Shown piece after piece: positions 54,424 through 64,000 of a DNA stretch of 64,000 bases (position 1 is the stretch's first letter; each line of letters opens with the position of its first letter). The notes below the pieces were generated by a model. The model did not search any database, was not told the DNA's origin, and saw only the letters and a program-made list of their open reading frames with translations. The DNA comes from Proteromonas lacertae. Its lineage: Eukaryota. The stretch lies in NCBI GenBank assembly GCA_002245135.1, contig NGBS01000896.1, positions 1-64,000 of the forward strand. The letters are read 5' to 3'. The translations under genes were made by a program, and so were the position numbers.

Positions 54424-55162
54424 TTATTTACTATTAACACGATTCTTTTTAAATTCTTTTTCGCTCTTCCTTTTTATATATTTACCATATTTACCTTCTT
54501 TTTGAACTTCCTTTATTCTTTCTTCTTGCTCAATTTTCTTTATCTCTTTTCTCTTTAAATAGTACGGTTGTTTTCCTTTACTTACAGATTCACTCTCATT
54601 GTGCTTTATTTCTAATTTACGTTCTTTAATCTATATTTTATATATACACACATTATTTTCTATAATTATACAGATTGATTGATTTTTCTAGTCATTTTCT
54701 GTTCTCTAATTTTTGATATTTCACTCTTTATTCTTAATTTTTCATCTTTATCTTTAGTTTTCTTCAATTCTTGCTGTAAATCATTTAATTCTTCATCCTA
54801 AACAATATATAATGACTATTTCATACAACTATATCATTTAAGAAAGAATAAGACTGCATAAATCTTTCATGATTTAGTTTCCCAGATAATTCACTAAATC
54901 TTGGATCTATTTTATATACTAAAAATTCATTATACCAATTCTTTCCACTTTTTTCACAGCAATTACCTCTCTAAACTTTGGAACTCGAATTTTTGATGAT
55001 ACTTCAGTTGGTTGATTTTTATTAGCTCTTTTATTTGTTACTGCTACTACAATTCAATAAAAATCTCAACATACATTGCCCTGTTCTTGCTCGTTTCTTT
55101 GGTCTATCTATGTCTCCATTTTTCTTTAATTCTATCAGTTTTTCAAGTGGTATATCTTCCAT
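54424..55162 (-). CDS. RRP36: rRNA biogenesis protein RRP36, multi-exon (not in ORF track)
   Basis: Minus-strand translation: MEDIPLEKLIELK...ANKNQPTEVSSK...DPRFSELSGKLNHERFMQSYSFLND...GKQPYYLKRKEIKK. Confidence 0.88.
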
Positions 55163-55408
55163 ATTCAAAGAAATGATGTTTTGGTTATTGAAAATTTACT
55201 TAACCCACAATTTTAAATTATTCATAACTCTTCTTATATGCTATTGTTGCAAGTGAAATTGAATAAGAATTATGTTGAGTTTATTTATATTTAAATATAA
55301 GTGAAATTTGTGAAATGATTTGAAAAATACAAAAACAATGTTATGAAATGGATGTTATTAGACTTGTTTTGCATTGCTGAATAAATCAGATACTACATAA
55401 AACATAAA

Positions 55409-56726
55409 TTATTCATAATAATACTTCAACAAATTTACATTATTACCTTTATTTTTAATGCAAACAAATGCATATAATGGTTTCTTAATGTGAATAAATA
55501 ACATCACTTCTTTCTCTTTATCCATTTTAATACTCATACAACCTTCATTCATATTAAATATTATCTCATATACACTGCCATTAACAAATTTTATATCCTT
55601 AAAATCACATTCCTTCATCTTTTTTCCATTATAACCAAATAGTCTAGAATCTTCACAACCAATTCTTATACCACAACTTCCATTGTCATAACATAATTCA
55701 TTACCTTCATATTTATTATTCATTGCACCACCAAAAACAAAGCCTGCATATCCATTTAATTGAAATACAAAATGATGAATTAAACTTTCCATTTTTATAT
55801 TTAAAAAGCAATGACTAAAACCAATATTATCTTTGTCATTATTTATTCTACTAATTGTTTTACCACAATTTGATATTTTTATCAGTTTGTGTTTACAACT
55901 ATTAACAAAATTACATTCTGATGAGTATATCATATTCAATTCTTTTTCTATATCTTCAATATTGATTCTATCATTTGGTTCTTTCTTTATCATCTTTTCT
56001 ATTAATATTCTGAATGATACATTATTCTTTAATTCATCTTTTGAATATTCAACTGTTAATATCTTCTGAATTGATTCAATTATTGTTTTATATTCGAAAG
56101 GATATTTACCACAAGCTATTTTATGCAATAACACTCCAAATTGCCATATGTCAATTGCTATTCCGATTTCTTTACCCTCTAATTCTTCAGGAGCAATATA
56201 GTTAATAGTTCTGTTATTTATATTCATATTTTTCTCATTTAGCATCTTTAAAGAATGATCAGATATCATATACTCATCATTTTCTTCATCATAAAAGATA
56301 TTACTCAGTTTTATTCCTCCATGACAATAACCAATTGAATGAAACTCTTTTAAGACACTACAGATTGTTAATAACATTTTATCATATCCATTATCACTAA
56401 AGTAAGCTAATATTTCTGTACTAGACAGTATTTCTAACCTGTTATTGTATAATGATCTAATTAACATCAAGAAGTAATTTTCTTGGATTATATCTTTGTA
56501 TTTCACAATATTTACACTTGTAAATGTGTTGTTGATATTTTGGATCCTTTGAATAAAAGTTTTCATTGTCAGATCAGTGAATTCCTTCTTTAATATACTT
56601 TTCAAAAGAAATTTGTTTTTACATTTGTTATTTGTGATAATATAACAATCTTTATTAGGTTGAGCGCTGAGTTGTAATAAAATCTACAATATATTCCTGT
56701 ATTCATACATCATAGCTACTTCCCAT
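55409..56726 (-). CDS. Pseudokinase + SPRY/B30.2-like protein
   Basis: HGGIKLSN (HRD Asp missing), DHS in place of DFG, YIAPE, DIWQFGV; C-terminal HCFLNIKMES...YEIIFNMNEG...LYAFV; one short 5' intron. Confidence 0.82.
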
Positions 56727-56901
56727 CTTTTTCTTTATAATTTCATATATGTTACAAGACATTTAACAAGCTAATTCAAGATAAACAATAAAAAAATGAA
56801 TTATGAAACGACTATTTATATTATTTTTGTTCCAAATTCATAAAACAAAAATAGAATAGAAAACAACAACAAAATGCCTTAATTTCATTCAAAATTATAT
56901 A

Positions 56902-59900
56902 TTACAATAGATTTCTATTTCTTGGCACTTTAACATCCAACTCTTTCATTATATCATCTAATTTATCTTTCATACTCTCAACACTCACATCATTTTGATT
57001 CATCAAAAACTCTTCAACATTCTTATAAGTATCATTACTAACATTAATTCCCATCTTTGAAGCAATATCTTTAAAATCATTCAATCCATCAATCGATTCT
57101 TTAATTGTACTATTATCATCATTCAAATTGTATTTCTTCTTTATCATTTCAATCACTTTTATCTCATCACTACTAATATCCTTTTTATTTTTGTTTTTAT
57201 TATCATAATTAGATTCTACTCCAGATTCCATACTTTCTGGTATTTCATCTTCAGTATTAACATCACTGTCATATTTGATATTAGATATTGTATGTTCTAC
57301 TACTTTATCAATATGTTTAATATTCTTTTCATCATTTTCTCGTTGAATATTGTCATTTGGAGTGAAATATTCATTCACTATGGAAGGACCATATATTTTA
57401 CTTACATCTTCAATTACACTATTATTATTATTATTATAAAACATATAAAAAGCACCTTTCTCTTTATTATTCTCATATTTATTCTTTTCATATAAATATC
57501 GTTGTTTTGTTAATTCATTTTTCTTCTTTAAATAGTACCAATAATGTAAAACTAATGGTCGATACTTTGGTATATCTGAAGCTGATATATTATCACCTGG
57601 TTGAGTTACACCTCCTCTTCCATAGTATAATAAGTTATTATTATATAAATCATTATTCTTATAATCATCTTTAGAGCTACGTTTATCAATTGGTTTTTCA
57701 TCTTCACTACCATCATAATATCCTAATTCATGAAGTCTTTCTCTTAATCCTTTTGAATCGTAAGGAGATGCGTTCTTTTGATCTACTAAATCATCGATAT
57801 TATCATCGTCTAAATGATTATAGAAATTGATTCGTTTTGCTATTTCTGAAATACCCATTTTAGACTTTTTGGTTTTATTGTAATGATCTAAAATTTGGGG
57901 ATATTTTTTGAGTTTTTCTGATAAACCAATTTTATTTATTCCCATTTTTTTAATCAGATCTTGATCCATTTTCTCAAAATCTATTTTGTTATTCTTATTT
58001 TCATTACTATTCAACTTATTATCTTCAATCTTCTGCAGCATCTTTCTAATCATAAATGAATTGTTATATTCATTATTGCCAATTGGATAAATAATAGAGT
58101 TAGGTATTTCCTTCAATGCATTTTCAACTGATTTTCTATTCTTTAAATGTGGATAAGCATCAACCAAATCTTTAATTGTGCAAGTACCATTATAAAACGA
58201 TGAAATTACATTTTCACACTTTTTATCTAATTTATATTGTTTCATTTCTTCTTCATCTGAACTTATAATAATATTCACTTTTCTTTTATCATTTCTTCGT
58301 TTATAAAATTCCATTTGTTTACTTCTTTGTGATGTAGTTGTGTATAATCTCTTATCTTCAACGTAATTATTATTACCATATTCATCTAATAATGATTCTT
58401 CATTCATTTCATCTTTTATATTATTGTAATGATATTTATCTAAATATCTTTGATAGAATTTCGTATTCTTTATTTTATCTCTGTTATATTTAATCATATT
58501 TCTCTCAAATTCTCTTTCTTTACTGAAATCTTTAGAAATTAATTGATAATACCTCAGATCGTGTTCAAATTGGTCATCTTTTATTATGTCTAATAATCGT
58601 TTATTGATTTTATCATTCATTTCTATTTCTTCATTGATCATTTCTTCTTCTTCTTTTTCTTGTTTATTTTCTTCGTTCATTTCTTCCAAGATTATTCCAT
58701 TTCCTGTCCCATTCTTTATTTCTTCTAATGGATCGGTCTTATTGGATAATTTGTCAAGCAAAGGCTTGGCATTTTTGTCTTTTTTCAAAATGTAATTCCA
58801 CATTAATGTTTGATATTTTTCATTATCAATTTCTAATTCTCCATCACTTATTCCTGGATGTACAATCTCTTTCTTTGCATTCTTTTTCTCTCTAATTATT
58901 GTAGTCTCTTCCTCTTCTATATCTTTAATTAACTTCTCAAATCTCATAATTGGTTTCAAGTTTATTTTTTCTAAGGATCTCATTACTGGATTTAAATCAC
59001 TATCATATTCTGTATCTAAATCACTCTGACTACCATGACCAAACTGTGCTTCCCACAATCCAAGATACTTTCTTAATTTTCTCTTTTCTTGAGGAGTTTT
59101 TGATTCGAAGTCAGATAAATTATATTCTGCAAATACTGGCGGCTTGAATAACCCTTGTGGATCGAATTTGTCCAAATCTGATGAATAAAGATCCGTTTCT
59201 TTTTCTTGGCTTGATTGGGTTTGAGGAGCTTTTTGAATTTTCTTTCTCATACTCGATGGGAACTTATCTTCAGTGAATGATGACTCTGCCTCTTTATCAG
59301 CTGTAATTTCTACTTTTGGTTTTTGGACTATTCTTTCATCTATATCTCTTTGATACTGATTTACTTTTCTTTCGTTGCTTTCATAGAAATCAGTCTTTTC
59401 TTTACCATCCTTTTCTTCACTTCTGTTGATTTTTACTATCTTCTTTGAAACAAAACCTGGAATTGTATGAAAATCAGGTTCATCCATATCATTTTCACCT
59501 TCTAAACTGCTAAACCCAGTAATTTGATCATCAGTTAATGGTTCAATTTCTTCTAATGACTTATTGTATACAATTTCTTCACCATTCTTCTTTAGAATCT
59601 TATTTATCTCTTTATAATACTCTTGAGCTGTATCTAGATCATTATCTTCATCTTCACCTTCATCAACCTTATTCTCTCCTTGTTTCTTTTCTTGTTTCAA
59701 AAATGGATCTGTTACATTCTTATATTTATTTGGAACAGCAGTAATAACTTCAATCTCCTTCACATCCTTTGGGATTTCTTTCACTTCTTCTAAGTCATTA
59801 ACATCTAAGCCTAATTGAGAGAATAATTTAGGATATTCTCGTTTAATATTTTGTAATTGATTCTTTGATATTTGATTAGTGTCATTATAAGGTATTTCAT

Positions 59901-59918
59901 CATCTCTAGGTGGTTGAT

Positions 59919-59950
<32 letters not shown>

Positions 59951-62217
59951 CTTGATCTATTATTATTGTTATTATTATTATTATTTCTTCTATAATCATT
60001 ATTATAACGATTATTATAATTGCTATTTTTATTGTTATAATTGCTATTGTTGCTATATCGATTATTATTATATTGTCGTTCTTGTCTTTGAGATGGTGGT
60101 CGTAGTGGAGGAGGAGGAGGAGATTGTTGAATTGGTTTTGATTTTAGTGGAATTGAATTATTATTATTATTATTTGAATGTTTGATATAAAAATCATCAT
60201 CATTACCACCATTAGATTCATTATGAATATATCTCTTCTGATTATAATTATTATTATTATATCTTCTATTATTATTATTATAACGACTATTATTTCTATT
60301 ATTATTATTATAATTATTGTTATTGTTATATCTACCTCTATTATTATTATTATCATATGGATATTTATTATTACTGCTATTTTCATCATTATCTTCAGTC
60401 TCTTCACTCTCTATTTCTGGTGCATCTTTAAATTCAACATCATTTACATCATAACTTACCCAATTTAACTTATGCAAACCACTTTTCTCGATTTTAGTCT
60501 TATTCTCTATATCTTTCAATGTTAATACTTCGTTTTTACCTGCCTCTTTGATACTATATTTCAATATATCATCAGGTCTGTATTTATCTTTACCTTCACC
60601 ATCTGTATCACATTTCTCCAAGTCTTTTTCAGGTATAAATTCAGTTTGATCATACATTGGATTTCCAACAAAATCCATTAGTTTATATACACCAGGTACG
60701 TCATTCTTATCTAATTTAATTTCATCATCTAATAGACCATCACTGTAATTCTCTTCGTTTGGATCTGCATCTATTTCATAACTTCGCCTTAAGACTTTCT
60801 TCATTGGGATATCTTCATTCAAATTCAAATTTTTGGTATATTCTTTTAAATTGTAGGCAGATAAAGGGTAATTGTGTTGTTTTCTCTTCTCATGTGATTT
60901 CCAGGTTCTTTCATAACTATTAAGATCATTGAATTCATAATATTCACCTTTATTAGCGTTGTATAACACTTCTCTTTGTTTCTCTTGTTTTATACTACTA
61001 CTTAAATCATATATTGCCCAGACTCTATTCTTTTTACTTGGCTTCTTTTGATTGGAAGATATTTTTTTGTTAGGCTTGAGATTTGGCTCGACTCTTTTCA
61101 CTTTTGATTTACCTGTTCTATTCTTCATATTGTAATTTCTTCTTCCTTGCTGTAATAATTGATTATATTTCTGTATTTCTTCTTCGGTTGTATCATCACT
61201 AAACGGTAAAAACTGTAATTTCCTTGGTATGTTTGGATTCTCCCAATATTCTTGAAATGTAAATGGTGTCTTAGCTTCTAACTGCTCAGCTATCTCACTC
61301 ATTTGTCTTTTCAGCTCAACTATCTCTGGATCCATATCTTTCTTATCTTGCAATCTTAAGTATAATAACTTTATTATAGCTTCTACACGTTGTGGGAATA
61401 TATGATAAAAACGAGCTAACGTCTCAATATCTACTCCATATTTTGTATGAGCTAAAAATATCTCTCTTTTGATAAACTCCGGAACTATTGTTGGGAAATC
61501 TAATTGATGACCTGGTACAAGCTCGTAATACATTCGTAAATGGGTACTTAAGGGAAATGGGGAATTCTTTGGTTCAGGAATGATCATGGTGTCTTCTTGC
61601 ATATTCTGACCAGTGAAAAGATTAATTAGTTTTGGATTCATACCATATATATCTGGTGGCTTGATATCTCTATAAATTGGATCATTAAGCGGTTTATAAA
61701 CACTATGCTTAGCACCAGGTTGAAAATCTTTAAGTAAATTCTCAATAAAATGGCCTGCTTTATCTGATTGTTTGGCTCGTTCATTGAATTTACCATAAAT
61801 CTTATCAAAACCTTCTTTTCTGCCTAATGATGTTAGAGATTCACCATAAACTTCTTTCATTGCTTTTTTAACCTTTTCTACAAAACCAGGTTCAGCTGGA
61901 TCAAACCAATCAACATCCATTTGTTGGTACATGGTCAATAATATGAAATCTTCCATGAATGATGGATCTATATCTACTACTGGTATTGTAATATCATCAG
62001 GATTTTTCGTTTTCATATGTGAAGCATTCCGGTTAAGTTCGTTGTATTTTTGGGTTAAATATGCACGTATTGCACGATCAGTATGTATTCTGATTTTTTC
62101 CATCCTCTGCTGCTCAAGAACTACTGAAGAACCTCCATCTTTCAAAGCGTTGAAATCTAAATCCTTTTTCATGTAACTCTGAACGGCCTTTATGCCATTT
62201 TTTATAATTTTACTCAT
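56902..62217 (-). CDS. 1771-aa intronless protein with an N-terminal mitoribosomal mS45 (Bot1/MRPS35)-like segment and N/Q/Y-rich low-complexity region
   Basis: Single long ORF. VPEFIKREIFLAHTKYGVDIETLARFYHIFPQRVEAIIKL fits the mS45 helix-turn-helix pattern ending RVEAI.KL. Confidence 0.6.
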
Positions 62218-62388
62218 TTACTATTTCCAATGAGAAGAAAATTAGATAATTAGAAATGAGTATTTGATAGGCTTTATTAAATAGGCAAAGTATATTAAAT
62301 TCAGAATCGAGCTTCTATTTGAAAAACTAAAACGACTATTTTGTTCCCATTAATCCAAAAATAGTATCGTTTTATTATATAAACGATT

Positions 62389-64000
62389 ATGATAATTCTC
62401 ATTTTATTTTTGTTTTTAGATTTTATATGTTGTTTAGATTGTTCAGTAGATAAGAGTATATTACCACTAATTACCTTAAATGAACGAGTGTTTCAGTATA
62501 ATATCGTCAATAAAGATGTCAATAAGGCTTACGCTTATGTTAAAGAAAATAGATATTTTACCTATGATGTAAAGAAATTAACATTGGTTCAAAATAAACC
62601 CTCATCCTTTAGAATCACTGTTAAAAACAATAGCCTAATATTAGATGGTGAAAGAATATCTATAATATGTTACAATTCAGAAAATTCAGATGATAGTGTA
62701 ACTTTATACATAATAGTCACAAGTAATGTTCATCTTTGTGGAAAAGATGATATAGAGGTAGTAGAAGGAATATGTAATGATGATTCATACATGATGATTT
62801 CATATAAATATAAAAAGGATTCAACTTGTATTCAATCAGTATTACCTGAAAATGAGACTGTCTCATGTTATAATGAAGAAAATAAGAAAACTCCATCAGT
62901 ACTAATGCATGTACTAATGACAGGCGATGGATTTTTATTCTGTTTTCTATTATACAAAATGTTTCAGAATTACGAAATATATCAACAATATATGCCTTGT
63001 TATTACATTGTTTTATATGTAATTGGAGTAATAATGATTACATTATATGAAGCGTTATTATCATTAACCAATGGAAGTAATTCAAGTTGTGATACTGTTA
63101 TATATATCGGTGCATTTGGCTCGACTCTTCAAACATGTTCAGCATTTACATTAGCTCAATATATGTATTATAAAGAGACAAGACAATTAATAGTAAAGAA
63201 TAGCTTAATATTTTTCTTTATTCGTTTATTATTGTCATTTATTTCTCAAATTATGTATATATTTATTAGTTTATATTTTATAATGTTCATAGTGTTATGT
63301 CTATATCAAACAAGTATTACTTTCAATTTGGTAGAGAAGTTGATTTAATAAGTGGTTTAAAATATAAAATTCCATTTTGTGATAATCATCCTGTTGTATT
63401 GATATATGCAGTTCCTGTATATATATATATATATTTATTTATATTTACATTAGATTGTTATAACATTATTAACATTAGTTTATATTATGAAATATGAGAA
63501 TAGAGTCAGACCAGGTTCATTGATAGTATATACATTTCATATTTGGAGAACTGGTTTATGTATATTAACTCTAACCTTTTATCTATCAGAAATATCAATA
63601 TCAAGTAGTTTATATAAAGGAAATGAAAGAATGTATTTTGCTTTAACATTCAATCTTCTTCATATTATGTCTTTATTTGTATTTTTACCACTTGGAACTA
63701 TACAGAAAAGAGAAAATCTAAGGCCACAGATAGCTACGAATATACTACAAGATGATATATATAGAGAATATTTCCGATCCTTTCTAATAGGAGAGAAATT
63801 AGATTATTTATTAGATTTCTGGGAAGATTGTCATTTATATAAGAAATTCACAACCAATCATTTTAAACGAGTTCATTTAATGTTAAAGAAAATCGTTGAT
63901 ACATATATATCATCCAACGCATATAGGCCAATATTAATACCCGATGAAGTAAAAAGAGAGATATTGAAATATAATGAAAATCCAAATGATGGTAATGGTA
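62389..64000 (+). CDS. Signal peptide + Cys-containing ectodomain + ~7TM + RGS domain receptor (3' truncated by window)
   Basis: Signal peptide MIILILFLFLDFICC; about seven hydrophobic segments across the exons; last exon ILQDDIYREYFRSFLIGEKLDYLLDFWEDCHLYK...KKIVDTYISSNAYRPILIPDEVKREI (RGS pattern). Confidence 0.8.

Noticed and set aside
59811..60468. Poly-Ile/Val/Tyr short ORFs
   Set aside because: They are shadow frames of the Asn/Gln low-complexity tract of the 1771-aa gene.

Overview
This window is eukaryotic nuclear DNA: very AT-rich and gene-dense, with many tiny (~25-35 nt) GT...AG introns. The ORF track therefore splits most genes into exon fragments. Intron size and gene content suggest a Blastocystis-like gut protist (inference). 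Housekeeping genes recognised: a single 5S rRNA gene, PPIP5K/Vip1, ECM29, nucleoredoxin, IFT27/RABL4, RPB1 (CTD almost entirely YSPTSPQ), APC11, a USP deubiquitinase, neurochondrin, GST and RRP36. Accessory content: (1) an ~11.8 kb secreted Cys-rich/mucin gene built from nine near-identical 719/734-bp intron-containing tandem units plus ~13 CBM19-like modules; (2) a decayed IS630/Tc1-type transposon missed by the ORF track; (3) a small non-RPB1 protein with CTD-like heptads; (4) a 1771-aa intronless mS45-domain protein; (5) a 7TM-RGS receptor running off the right edge; (6) six dispersed genes from a shared modular set (pseudokinase or BTB-BACK-Ig heads, SPRY or LRR tails), which is the best candidate for an undescribed system. 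Several frameshifts cluster in repetitive or multicopy genes and are probably assembly errors. All domain calls come from motif recognition by eye; no database searches were run.
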